A stretch of DNA of 64,000 nt. Origin: Ptychomitrium polyphyllum (taxonomy: Eukaryota). The notes under the pieces are model-generated. The model was not told the DNA's origin, ran no database searches, and saw only the letters and a list, made by a program, of their open reading frames with translations. The translations under genes and the position numbers were made by a program. Below, in pieces: positions 40,568 through 55,444 of this stretch. The stretch's first letter is position 1; each line of letters begins with the position of its first letter. Where the stretch lies: NCBI GenBank assembly GCA_973851085.1, contig OZ316776.1, positions 11,966,001-12,030,000 on the forward strand, given 5' to 3'.

Positions 40568-43500
40568 AAACTGAGAAATCCGTCATTTCTTTTCTTCATT
40601 CTTTTCATTTGGCAAGTGAGCCAGTGGTAAAAGTTGTAAGTTCCACGGTTGTTCCGACCACTTGCAAGCCGTTGGAAGTGGGCTATTCATGTTCAAGCAA
40701 TGCCTTGGCAATGCAGGGGGGCGTTTGATTTTTATTTTATTAAGGAGCGTGAGATTTTTAGGTGGTTTATTTATTATTTTGGGAGGATCTTTCCAGGCAC
40801 TGTGAATGACTGGGTAAAGCCGAGGGAGGTGGAGAATTTAGGTGCGGCGCAGGGTGTTCTAATGTGAGACTGAACCTTCACAGGTTCAAGTCGTAAGTTA
40901 TTTGAACCCAAACTTTTGGTTAAATAATACAAGTTAAGAAGTCTATGTTTTAATCTACAACATTTTTTGAGAGTTTATAGTCCGCAAGAATAGATGAAAG
41001 TGCCAAAGAAGGTAAATGTTTATACATTTGAATGATAAATCTTGCAAAAATACATGACTAAATGTTTTGAAGTGAATTGGTGGTATTGGTTCATAATTAC
41101 CATTACATCTGAGAGCAATTTAAGTGACAATTATTGATGGAAGAGGATATTGAAAAGATAAGGTGAGAAGTCATGAACTTTCAAAGGTGTTGATTTACAA
41201 AAAAAAATTAATCTTAGATGACTAAGATTTGAGGAGTTGTTTCTATTTCATCCACTATCTTATTATTATAGACATTGTTGAATTGGAATTTAGTTCAAGT
41301 TAGATATATATGATAAAAGTTGTGCATCATTCTAAAATATTGTGCAAATTTGATTAGCATTTTAATACAAAAGAAACTACATTTTAGACACTATTGTTTT
41401 ACAAAAACTATATTTATATTTAGCATTACAAGAACTTTATGAAATACATCAATTCTCTTTTATTATAGCTTTGTTCCAAATTTAATTGAAAAAAGGGTGC
41501 TATAAAATTCTAGGTGAAAGTTAGTATATTAAAATAATTAAGTGGCATTATTTCAACTCAAGAGTGCCATGAACCCAAACTCAACTATACAATTACAAAT
41601 TCTAAATGATAGAATTTTATGACAACATTTCTTTCTTGAAATTCCAACAAAACAAATGTATAAAGGAATTAGCATTTATTTATCATTTACATGATATAAA
41701 TGATGAAATTTTATAATTACAATATCATAATACATTGTCCATGACATTTTTTAATACACAAAGGATTTGCCACCACTTCTTTCTTTTTACATTATTATAT
41801 AGCATTTCTATGTTTTACTTATGCTATTTTAATAGCTATTATATATTTTTTTCAATTAAATTGAAAACATTCAAAAAAAAATCATAGAAACCAATTTTTT
41901 TTCCAAAGAACTTAAAGGGAACTTTATTTCATATTATAATTTTTTCTTAAGTATATTTTTTTCAAAATGCCTCCAATTAAAACTTTATAGTTAAATCTAA
42001 ATTATCAAATAACTAATACTAGTATTTCTTTTTTGAAAATTATATAGATTTCACGTAAATGCATGTATCTTTATTGTACTCTTATTTATATCTTTAAAAA
42101 AAAAATCACTATTGTTGCTCTAATATGTTATATGGTTTAAGATTTTATACTAAATATATAAGAATTTTATGATTGATTTTTTTGAGTGACATAAAGTAAA
42201 TGAAAACACATGAAAGTCACCAAATTTATGATGAAATTTTGTACATGGAACCAAACAAGTTATCAATTTCACAAAGAAAATTTAACCATGCAATTTAAAC
42301 CTTATATTATGATTACATAACAACTTGGATTTAATTAAAACAAAGAATCATAGTTAGACAATTTAAACAAAATTGTTGAGGTTATATATTCTTAGGAATT
42401 AAGTCATTTTGTACAAGTTCAAATTGTACCATGAGGACTTCAAAAATCATAGTTAAACTTACATTGATATAATTCTAAAACTTACATACTTTAAATCTTA
42501 TTTTGTACAACCTTGGTGTTTTGAAAAGGCATGTTGTGGTGTTTTATTGATATAGTACACATACTATCTATTAGTAAGTATAATTAAAATAAACAGAATA
42601 TAACATGTAAAATTTAGAAGATAGTGTGAATAATATCTCTTATAAAGCATGTGTGTAGAAACTTCACTTTTCTTCACATGTTTACACATATTTCAAACTT
42701 TCTATGTCAAGATACTCTATATAGAAAAGTCATTTATATGATTTTCTGTAAATTACAATCATGTACAAGCCTTTGAAATTGCCAGTATAAAACCCTAAAC
42801 AAGGTTAAGAGGTTTGAGAATGAGAGTATTGCACAACAAGGTTAAATCTGGCAAATGATTGGAGGCTTTGAGAACAATCCTACAAAGATTACTTATAGTA
42901 TATAACAGTAAAAATGTACACTGGCATAGTGGAACTTCCTGTTTGAATGTTTGAGTCAGTCACTCACAGGCATTGAATTGGATGTAATGGGTTTCTGAAG
43001 AGGTTCAACTGTTTCATGGATCTCTGCTAAAATAATACAGATTTCTTTTCATGTACAGATGCTTATAATGTTACAAAATTCTGGTACAAGAGTGGATGCT
43101 TGCTTGTTGGTAGGCTCACCAGGACTGCACAACAAGGTTTTAGGTTGGGAGTACAAATAAAGTGAGACAACTGACCAACAATGCAATCCATTATAATTGA
43201 AGATTGTTGACTAGATCTCTTGCATTGCTTGTATGCTACTGGTTTTCTTACTTGAAATGACACATTTGAGAAAAGTAAAAATTGTTTGTATTATCATGGT
43301 GTTGTTTCAGTGAATATAATTCTTGAAGAGTTCTTATAAATTCCTATAAGTTCTACAAGCTTCTTTGTGGTTGTCCAATACACATGAATAAAACATGTTT
43401 TTTTAATTAAAGGTTCCATTATAATTAGATGGAATATACCCACATATTAACTATAATATAATAAATTAAGGTTTCTAATATTATTTTATTATATGTTGTA

Positions 43501-46500
43501 ACCATATTACAGAGGCAGATTTGAACTGAAATGTTTGGTCCCACACAAACCAGTTGGATAATAAGGCAGTCATACATGTCTGTCATATTAAGAAGGTTAG
43601 ACTGAACATGTTGTTCAAACAATGAGTTGAAATACATGATGTGCAAGTGGGGCAACAGCACCATTGGTTGTGCTAATGTTCATTGGGTTCCTCAATCTAT
43701 ATAGGCTGGAGGTTTGGCAAATCAATCAAACTCATTCACAATGAATGTGTTTCAACAGAATCTTGAGGAGACCAAGACAGTGGGTCACCAGGATACAAGA
43801 TATTTTTTATTTAGTTCTTAGTTTCTGTTGTCAGGGCAGCCTTGTGATGTTCCAATCTGAGAGACTCAAAGGATGCATGACTGGTCCTGACTCGTGAATA
43901 TGCCAGGTACCATGGGTACAAGGCTGCTTTTTGCCAAAAAGCTCCAATGGAAAGAACACCTTTTTGGTCAGTTGTAGGTGGGATGAATAATGAGTTGCAT
44001 CCAACATGCCGGTGTAACTTCAGATTGTGTGCCTCAATCTGGATCTCAAAGAATTTGATGGAGATACTGTTGCTGCACATAATTTTGACCTATGCATCTG
44101 CTATTGTTTCTGCATCAATGCACTCATTTGTGAACCTTCCAATGTTCCATTCATTTGACTTTGACAAAGGGTCAGCAGTAACCACTGTGGCCAACTTCAT
44201 TTCTCACACTACAACAATTAAGTGATTTAGTGTCAAACACACTACCTATTTACTCAAGGTTATAACCTTTTTATACGAAATAATTTTTTAGGTAAAGAAA
44301 AAGGAATTTACACAGTTCGTACACAAGGATCTTTGTTCGGTAAAGATATGTAATGAGTGTTATAATTTATCATTAATAATAAAAAGTTATCATTCTAAAT
44401 CAATCATTGTAATTGACATTGAATTACATACTCAATGTATCAACTAGGTATTTAATTCTATTATATAGTATGTTAGCTACATTGTTTCAAGGGGAAAAAA
44501 TATAGTTTTTTATATTATTGGCTTTTGACATTTGTAAGAAAAATTATAATGTCTACTTCATTTCAAAATTTATATCATATAAAACATAAGGTATACCATA
44601 AAAAAGGATAATTAATAAAATATTCATGAAAAAGAATTAAGATCATTATATAAGAATGTATTACATGTCATTGCCTAATTAATTATATTTTATAAAAAGA
44701 TGAATCCATAAAAATCATAGACTTTATCATAATTGTTTGTGTTCAAAGCATTATACAAGTTCCTTCTTTAAGAACCTTCAAAGAAATGTCATATTTATAT
44801 AGTTGGTTTGTCAACAATGATTCTAAATATAGATTATGACTATTTGGATTTTATCTTTAATAATACATAAGAAAATAAGTTTAATGAAATGCTATAAAAA
44901 AATGCTTACAAGTTCTTCAAGGTGGTGACAAGTACTAGAACTCATTTTTTACAAATTCTTAATTTGTCTTATATCCAAAACCCTATGTTGATAGGGAAAA
45001 AAAAAAAAAAAAACAACTTTTCTAAAAACCAATTTTAGAAATAAATATGTCTATAGACTATCTAATGAAAAATAAATTTGTTTGAACATGGTTTCTAAAA
45101 ATATAAATCACCCCAACCTAGGAAAAAAATTTACATGTCGTTTTTACCATGCTTTAGAGTCATTTTTTAATTTAACATTATAAATTCTAATATTGCACAA
45201 AATAAAGCCTTAGATCTATAGCCTTCTTCTAAACACAAACAAAATTAATACATTCAAATCCTTGTAAAATAATGTGTGTTGTTTATGAATTTAAAATGCT
45301 ATATAAGTTCAAAAATATAACTTGAACCTTCATATATTCAATACTATATGGCTTCATTTTCATTTATTATTGATTTTCCACTTTCCAAACATAAAGATGG
45401 ATTGTTTCAACATTATACATATTATAGCAAAACTAAATATTTTATTAAGATTTATTTTGCTTGTTATTTACATGTCATGCATGACGTGTTCCAATGAGTT
45501 TCATTTTGATTATAAGAATAAAATAGATTTAGAAGTAATTCTAACATGTCTCAAACCGGTAATTATTCTGAGAACCTGTCCGACATGTTAACCGGGCTTA
45601 CATTTTCCCCAAAGGTCATGTCCTCGGACCAGTCCGGGATCCTGTGAAAAATCACCACTGACAGGTACCAAGGAGATGTCCAAACCGTGCCTACAACTTT
45701 ATTCAAATCATGCACTATTTTGGGCTTTGATTGCCTACCAGTACCTGATGACTGTAGGCATCATACTTCTACCTCTACAACATCACCTTTGCTTTTATAG
45801 TGGATGAAACAAGTTGACAGTGAATGACCCTGGTCATGATGCAGTATTTGTGGCAACTGGCAGAGGAATTATGCACCTCTTCTGGCCTAGGACCCCTTTT
45901 CCACAAACGTTTTGTGCCTCAAAACTCCAGCTGCCTCCACGTCACCTAAATGTAATATCTGCTGAGTTTAGTGGTCGAAGTCCAAAGTGTTCTCTCTCCA
46001 AATTCTGAGTCACACACTAGTTTCCTGTTCTCAACATTCTAAAACATATACTAAAGGAAACCATCCATTAAAAATATAAGGAATTGCTCATGCACAGAGC
46101 TTGAATTTGTTGAATAGACTTCTAGTCAAAAATTTACATGTACTATGAAAGGGAAGTAATTACACGTGCAACTACAAATTCATTTTTGAAGAAAAAAAGA
46201 CTATGTAATTTCAATAACAATTTTATTATCCAACAAAAGACCTGCCTTAGAGTCACTTTAAGAATATTATGATGCCTACATGGTTGAAATACTAAAAAAT
46301 GAGGTACAACACTTAAACTTGTTATTTTAAGCCATGTAGTTTTTCAAATCTATCAATTGTTGTATAGCCTTTAATGTCACTTTACAAATGACATTCTTTA
46401 TAAATTTTTATAAAATGTCTTTTTTGGTCAGATAAAACTTGGCTGAGATTTGGCATTGGTAATACTAATAAAGGATTTTAAATTTACTATACTAGTAAAA

Positions 46501-48778
46501 TGATTGGAATTGGTGATATTCAATATTATTTTTTGTGTAGTGTTATGTTATAAAATTTAATGCACTTTAATACACAACTATATAAAAAAATAAAATTAAA
46601 TCATACCAATTATTAATCAAAATGCGTATACAACAAAAACTTGTTATTTCTTTGATGTGCAAGCTTAAGATAGTGAAAATTACATTGGAAATGGTATTTA
46701 TTATCATGCGGCATTTCATATTGCAATTAGTTGTATTACAAATAATATTATTTCATTATACCATTTTTACTTATTTTAATAATCATAAAAAAAACCTTTA
46801 ATTACCATGAAGTATTTATTTGTTGTAGTTTAAACCAATATAACATATAACATTGGTTGTAATGCTAGGGCAATTCACATTTAGTATTGATTTTGTATTT
46901 AATTGGCAACATCAAATACCAAATCATTAGATGCCATATTATACAAGTGTTTCTTTCATTCTACAAAATTTTATTCAAAAAAAAGATTCATATGATTCTT
47001 AGAAGAATTTAGCAAGGATAGCCTTCATTAGTGAAGGCACATCCATCTCTAGTTCTAGAAGATTAAAAAATCATATCAAATGGAGAAGGTATATTTAAGA
47101 GCCTCTTGTTAAAATTAACTTTTAATTTTAATTTTTAACAATTTACACACCTTGTTAGAATTTAATGAAAATTTAAGATATTCTTATTATGTATTATATA
47201 ATCCATTAGTTACACAATCATATATTATAAAAACATTAATTATTGAAGAATAAAGAATCAATTTATCAAATTTTATAAAATTGCCTTCACTATAGTATAA
47301 GGGAAGATTCTATGCTTGTACAATGTGGAAAGTTCATACAGAAGATTCCTAGATGTATAGTAGATAATTTTCAAGTTAGCATTGCATCTTCCTAAATGTT
47401 GGACATGCATTTTTCTTGCACATCAAGGTAGAAAAGTGTTTCTTCGTAACATATTCACATAACATCCATATCATAATCTAATTGTAAGTTTATCACTAAA
47501 TTTTAAAATAGAGAAATTTCTTTAAAGCCATTACTCAACTTAGTTTTGCAAAGTAAAAATGAATCTTGGATAATATTTAATCTGATTAACTCGATGTTTA
47601 AAAAACATTGAAACGTTCATCATGGAAGTGACAAACCTGCTATTTGACTATAGTTTGCAAGTAACTAGAGGAAAGGAACACCAAAATCCATGACGTCTGA
47701 ACATTACATGCATTCTGAACGGACTGACCTCCAACAAGACGTACCATGGTCACCTGTCCACCAAACCCTGCAAGTTACAGTGATACTGTGTTAGTTAGTG
47801 TCTGTTGCACTCAACACTAACTTAATTAATCAGCGATGGTTGCAGATACGGTTCAGGTGGGACACATGATACAACCGACCATGCATACCCTTTGTACTTC
47901 ACAAATACAGAGCTCTAACACCAAAGCTCTCTGTACAGCAGGTACACTACTATGGTCCAAAACACACCGAAAGTGTCTGCAAACAAGAAGCTATGTTCAG
48001 TAAAAATCTATTAGTGCTTCATAACATTCTTGAGCAAGTCTGGCAGTCACCCCAAGTTCTCACATTTCGACCATTTATGTGCTCTCCAAATAGTGTTTCT
48101 AAAGTGCGTTGAAATTTTTCTCTTCTTCTGAACATGGCTTAGTTACAAAGCATTGTGGCTTATTGACAAGAAGTATATTCACATGTCTTAAAGCCACAGT
48201 AATGAGTGTTGCTACCTTGAGGGTGTTTTATTTAAGCTGCTAAAGAATATTATGATGGAAGTCTTACAACAACTTAGCTCTTAAGATAAAGAAGTTCTTT
48301 TTGGAAAACTAGTTTTTCAAAAAAAAAGTTTAACTACATTTTAGAGTCAACATTAGGATAATCCACTATATAAGAGTCAACTTGGGAATTGAATTTAGAA
48401 CTCTGCAAAGGTCAAGTATTTAAGACGCATTTCATTAATGTATTTAAGAATGTTGGTTTTGACAAATTCTAAAATTTTAAATATTACAATTATATAAATT
48501 GAAGAAGTAATAAAATCACCATATAAGCACAATGTTGTTGTACACTTCTTGAAAATACAACCTCTTTTACAATGCATGGCACAAAGATGACAAGAAGATG
48601 AATTAAAAAATTAAATTGCAATAAATGATAGATTAAACCCTTTATTCATATTGTAGCCATGTTGAATTATTGCATTCATACATCGAATATCTATTATTAT
48701 CTATCAATATTAAATCAATATTACCATAAAAATATATTATAAATTCATGATAACATTCAAGTTTTCTTTTGAAGACAT

Positions 48779-48804
48779 ATATGTATATATATATATATAC
48801 ATAT
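48779..48804. repeat. (TA)n microsatellite, imperfect
   Basis: atatgtatatatatatatatacatat visible in the sequence. Confidence 0.8.
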
Positions 48805-51800
48805 AAAATGATTAATTTTAAGTACTAAAGATCATTTTAAAACTTTCAAAAGACTAAAACATTATTCTTGAAATTCCAAACCGTTAACTATTTAAAAATA
48901 TTGAAGCTCAAAACAAATGAATTTCTCATTTGAAGTTCCAAAATAGCCTAGAATTTAAATAGGGAATAGATGCAAGTAAAGTCATGTGAATTATGTTATT
49001 CAAATCATAATTTGTAATTTTTTTTCTTTATTTTTTTTAAAAACTCATTTAACACCAATTATATATTTTATTAAATTCGCACCTTTTGATGAATCTTAAA
49101 TTACCATTTACATGAAAAAAACGTTCATCTTTCAATATAATTGTGGCTTTAGATTTTAGATAACTCAACTTTAAGTTTAAGGATACAAGTCTTTTGGAAT
49201 GGAGATGTATTTTTACTAAATTGTCAATACATCATTCACAAAAAAAATTATATCTAGTAAAAGTTTTACTAACTTTTTTTTGGAAATATGTACTTTAATA
49301 ATCTAAATTTTGTCAAACTAAAAATAAAAAAGAAGTATATGCAATTAAGTCTTCAATTTGATTCTATGCTTTCTTTCTTATTTTCTTAAAGACTCATCAA
49401 CATTTTGATTTTAACGAAAATAAAAGTGATTATAATTACTAAAGAATCTTATGTTTAGAAGTCAATTTTGTTACTGTACGAATTAAAAAATATTTAAGTA
49501 TATGCATAATGTTAACAATTCATTGATTAATTTATTATCAAATATCATTTGGCAAGCAGGTAAGATTATAGTGAAGCATTTCAAAACCACCAATGTCTGA
49601 GATGCCACATTAGCACAAGTTGCTTAGAACTTCAATAATTTTTTTTCATATAAACAAGGTTTAAGATTAAGTGGAAATAAAAACAAAATTTTCAATAACT
49701 TTTTAACTAAATCTAATTAGAACGTACCAAATCTAAGTATTGGATGTTTGGAATTTGGTATTAAATAAATATTTATTAGGTGGATTTTGGTTAGTTGGTA
49801 ATATGTGGCCATGAATATCTACTTGTATCATGGTATTTTATCTTATATCTATATAATAAAATCATAATATAGGAGATTCATATTAATTGCAACAAAAGGC
49901 TTATAAAGGTGCCATGGTAAATAAAGAAATAATTAAATAACCATCTTACATTCAAATTTGATTAATTATATAAGTAGTTTTGTTTTGAATTCTTTTAATG
50001 ATTATAATAAGAATAATAATTAAATATGTATCAATTAAATAATCTATCATATTTTGTGCTTTGTTGGAAGAAGATTTTTTAATTTACAAAAAAAAGTTTT
50101 GATTGATGACTTGTTTATATGCCAATTTTTAAAGAATAATTCTTTATAATGCTTATTTGGTTGTGTAATTGCATTACATAATTGTTAATGCTATTAAATG
50201 TTAACATTTAATCTTAGATTTTGGTTTATTTTAAATATATGATTGTATGATTTACATCATTTTTTAATGATTTTTCATTAAGGACTATCAAATGCACAAC
50301 AACATTGTTGAAACAAGCTCATATATAGATATTTGAGTTTTAATATTCATTATTTTGAAATATTGCAAATTTTCTATTTTTGTGTATATTTACCATGTTT
50401 GAATTTTTTCTAATTAATTCTAAAAAAACAATCATATTAAGTATTTCAAATTCAAAATACTACAAAATTATGAAAATTATGAAAATTTTAATTTTTATCA
50501 AATATCATTTGAATTTTATTTTTCATATATAAATACTTAATTCAAGATATGAAATAATGATTTTCAAATTAAATTTGACAGCTTATAGTGAAGAAGAGTT
50601 GTAACTTTATAAATTTATGCATGATGATAACAGGCTTAGTTTGTTGTAAATTTTATTAATATTAATACAAAATTTTAATGAATTTCCAATAATATAGATT
50701 AATTGATGTAAATTATATCAGTCATTATAGATATTGATGATTTGATATTCAAACTTCCTATCATTTATTATAAACTAAATAAAACGTTATTATGCTTTGT
50801 TTAATCAATTGTCAAGAAGTTCTATACATTAAATTTAAAACTTTAATTGAATATGAATTAGCATATAAATGAAAATATGACCACAATCATATAGACATGG
50901 TATTTGAAATTTTAGATACCAATATTCCATGTTTAATAATTTTGAAAATGAAATGTTAAATTAGTAAAATTTATTAAGTTGATTTGCAAGAAGATAGCTT
51001 CATAAGCTTAAGAACACAAATCATGCCAAGTAATGTGTATTGTTTTTGTTTAAAAAAAAATCAGTTTCAATGAGTATAGAAATAATTTACCTTTCATCTT
51101 TGCTAAACAAATTTATAAATTCTAAAAATATTCCACACGTCTAGGATTATTATAGATGACTCTTTATAGTGTTAAAAATAATTATAAACTATTACAAGAA
51201 TCCACATATATTGTATTGAAGATAATTAAAAATACTTCTTCAAAAGATTCAATTATGCTTAAAATATATTAAAGTTTATTTGACTTACATTTTTTTATGT
51301 CTCATTCAATTGATCACGTTGCAATAACATTTAGGGATAAAGTGAAAAAACCTTTTCTTAGCTTTTGAAAGGTTATTCATTTATTTTTGTTTGATAATTC
51401 AAACATATTATAAATTAGTTTTGTTCACTCAAGTTTTTGGATCTTTAAAACTCCTTTTCCTTTTCTATTTCTTTCATTTTTATGATATATTATAAATGAA
51501 TTCTTTGGAATAATATATTGTATATCCAAAAGGTGTGAAATAAGAACAGCTCAAAAGCACTATTCAAAGCATTGGAGCATACCTCCACTAGTGAATCACT
51601 TGTAATCATTATCTTGGTTTTTTCCTTTAAAGAAATTTTTTAAAACAGAACAATTCATTTTTGATTTTTAATAAAATTATTATGAATTGTTGGAGTTGAA
51701 GATGAAGTAGATATGAAACCAATATCTACAAGTTTTGAAGATTCAATAACCTAGTTTGTATTTTAGTTAGAACTCCTAGTAAAGGTTACAATTGGATATA

Positions 51801-54800
51801 TGTTGGTCACAGGCATTCTACCTTAAAGTGTGGGTAGATTGGTCGAGGGTCTACCTCTTGTGAAGGAAAAGATACCGCGACACTCTTACTCTATATCCTG
51901 TAAGCATGGTGCTAGGATATACTGCATAAACACACATCATCTACAACAAGCTAGGGTCGTCCTTCTTCTTACATACTCCAAACTTACTTGACTGTCCACA
52001 CTGTACATTACAAGAGACATCCCACCAGAAATCGATTTAGATACATTCTGTAGAAACGTAACTCCAACGTTGACAACCACAACGTTTCATCCACTGTTCT
52101 GCAGTTGAGTGAAGAAAGGAGCAAGGCACCACTCTTCAGTCTTGCTGAAAACTCCAACATCGCCAACAGAGTTTGGACGCAACAGTCCGACGTTACTCCA
52201 AAATTTGGACCACAGTGGACCCCGAGCTCACTGGTACGCATCTACGACCCTACTAGATTCCACATTGAAGACCCGTTGCCGTAGCATCATGTCCGGAACA
52301 TATGTACAACACTACTAGATTCAAGATCCGAGAGGCTGGAAATCTCCTTAGGGATAAGAATCAAGGATCGGAGTCTGTGGCTCTTGGCGACGCGACTGGG
52401 GTGGCTGCAGTTTGCGATCACTCAAAGAAAGTTGCAGATATCGGTATTTGAGTGGTCAAGTGGGCTCTAGATGCCATTCTTTGCAGGGCTTGCACCCCAG
52501 ATCCCAGGGTTTAACAGATTCTCCGCTTGCCCAACTGCAACTTGCAAAGGGTACCATCACCAGGGTTTAGGAACGCTGGGCCAGCGTGAGGTCTGGGTGT
52601 GTTCTCTGAGTCCGCGGAAGCATATTCATCGCAATTTATCACATCTATGAATATACAGGAAATATCTTGCTGCGGGGCCTGGAGTGCACGAGCGAATGGG
52701 AATGGGGTGTGGTGAAAGGAGAAATGATTACTGCAACTGGTTGCCTCTTTTCGAAGAGGTGGAATCTTTGACTTGGGGCCTGATGATGAAGTGAGGTTTC
52801 CGGTGTTGCCATTTTCTGCACGTAATGGCGCGCTGTTATCGACTAAATGGTAGGTTTAGTAACTTTGGCTGAATTTAATCTGATTTGCGGAAGTGGTGGA
52901 ATTTGGTGTTTTAGGAGTGAGCGCGTGGGCGGTGGACCCCAGCGCATGGCCGACTCGTGATCGCTCGTGGGAACGGTATTTGTTTGATGTGAAGCTGGAA
53001 GTAGGAACTGGTTCATGTTGGAAGCTTCGATATGGTTTAAGGTTAGAATTTTGAGTATGTCCATTTTAAAGTGAGATCTTTCTTTTCACTCCCTCACGAG
53101 GATCGTGGACTAGGCTCGGGTTGGCACTGAGCAGGGTGACATATTCTCCATTTAGCGCCTAGATGCCCTCGCTGATGTGAGTTCTGAGCTAATCCGTCTG
53201 CAGGATTATCTATTATTAGGTAAACTCGTACGGAACTGAAGTGCTAATTGAGATGAGAGACGATAGATATGAGAGAAAATATTGACGCAGTTGTCGTAGA
53301 CCATGTAAGTCTTTCTTTGGAATTAACATATGGATATGAGGATTTACCAAGTAATTTTAGTACTTTCTGTTTTCGTCTCATTTTGTTTATTTCTTTTGTA
53401 TGGCACAAATTGGAAGAGATCAAATGCAAGGTAAAAAGAGTACACCCCAACCCCAGCACGGCCAGGACAAAGAAACAGACATTAGTGACTAGACCTGGAC
53501 GACGTACTGTCAGTTCCTCGAGAGCAATTGTAGGATAAGTTAGGTTACTATTTTAGTAAACAGAGATCGCGTGACATCGCAATGCAGAGCAGCACCGATG
53601 GAACACCAGGACCAAGGTTGATGACTTTATTGGGCACTGATATTGTCAAATGGTCGAGGACACATGTTAAACACAGCTGCAAAATACTCTGCAGTACTTA
53701 ATAAAGCGTTAACTGCGATGAATTTATAAACGGCTGATAAATGAATGCAGAAGTTATGAAGTTTCGTTTGTACCAAATTTTAAACAAGTCTGCAAATTAT
53801 GACAGTGCTTTGTCTCGATTGATATTAGAACCACACAGCAATGCCAGAGAGATCAAATTGCGAGAACCCTAATCTTTGTCTCCTCCCAATCTTTCACAGA
53901 CGAATCTTGCTCGAAGTGATAAGACTCTTTGAAGAAACCCAACTTACATTTTGTTTCCTTTAGATTTGGCTGCATTAGTACCCATGAAGCCAGAATGTTG
54001 ATTGAGGTGTTTCTCCATCCCACATCAGCAATGCCAACAAATCAAGACCTGATCTAGCAACAGTACGGAAAAGCTTGCACTGTTCTGTTTGAGGATGACA
54101 TATTTTTTCTCGTGAAACTTTCTGAAGGAGCTGCTTGCAGTGGAACACATTAATTAGCGTTGCGGCAGCGTACACACATTATGTGCACACAGCATTTCAC
54201 CTCTGAGTATGAAACCACGACATTGTCCTTCGCTGGTATCAACAGTGTATTAAGATTTTTTTCATGTATCCAGTCATTTAAAATGCCACATCCCATGCGA
54301 ACACAGACAAGAGAATATCTGGAGCCTGGGTTTTACATGTAGTGTCATGACAAGTCCAACTGAGCTTCAGTTAACTGAAACATCTGCCGATGTCATCATC
54401 ACCTCTTGTTTCTTGAATCTAGAAACAAAAATGAGAGCTTCTCGGATACTCCGTCAAGGATTCCCGATTGGGTGCATGCATTTCAACTTTATTCCATTCG
54501 AAAAAATTAATCCTGGTGGGAGCAGAACAGAATCCTCAGGCTATGGCACATGAAATGCAATTGCAGCAAATTTATCTTAACACAACATTTAATTGATGTG
54601 TAAACAATCAATATTCTTTAAACTAAAAATGCGTGGTGGTTTAGACGATTCTTGTGCTTTTGTCAGCACCGGTAAGACTGAGGAAATGCTGTGAGAACTT
54701 CCTCGATACCCACAGTGTGTGCCTTAGAAGAAATTCAGGAATCAGTAAGGCTTGTGGGATTTGAGAGGTTTCTGGTTTTACTTCACAGCCACTGTAGATC

Positions 54801-55099
54801 AATGGGGCATTGTCAAAGTCACAATCCCTTAAAAGCATGTCAGCATGCTACCCATGTGTACGATGCTTGTGTTTTGAGAAAGAATTTTCTCCTCGTCAAG
54901 CTTTGAAAATCTTACAAGCGTCGAAATTGCAAGAGTGCTGCTCGCTTCCGAAGTTTCAAAATAGGCTTTGCTCCGATCGTACTGATCTGTTCACTATGAT
55001 GCTTGCATAATGTCATGGTTCCGAAGGATTTATGGACTTGAATACCGAGACAGGTAGATGGTTCTAGTGCTTCATGGGAGAACTTGATAGATGTGGAGG

Positions 55100-55129
55100 G
55101 TTCAAGCGCATTCTGGAGGATTCTAGAGC
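55100..55129 (+). promoter_or_regulatory. Putative heat-shock element upstream of the HSP70 pseudogene
   Basis: gTTCa agcgc aTTCt gGAGg aTTCt aGAGc: three TTC at exact 10-bp spacing (55101, 55111, 55121) with GAG in the GAA register, ~330 bp before the HSP70 ATG. Confidence 0.45.
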
Positions 55130-55444
55130 GGCTTGCGAAGGCTTCTCACGAATGCTTCCCACGGAGGCTTCTTTTCCTTTAATGAATTGATCGCATTCCC
55201 CTGTTTCTCCTGTTTGAGTTCGAGATTTCAACATTGATCCAGCCACGAAATAATAAATTGCTGGGTCCTTCTTACAAAGACCAGATATTTGGTTTAGTAC
55301 TGCGAGGAGATTACTCTTTGCAGTTGTGGTTAAGTGATCAGCCTGAGGTGTTGGAGGCTTGAGAGCTGTGAAGTTTGTTTCGGGGAGATCGTAAGATAGT
55401 AAGTACTGCTTTCAATTTCTTACTCGAGGATAAACCTGGGAGCA

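Noticed and set aside
52781..52872. Possible C/D box snoRNA (TGATGA ... CTGA)
   Set aside because: No terminal stem and no rRNA-complementary guide that I could recognise.
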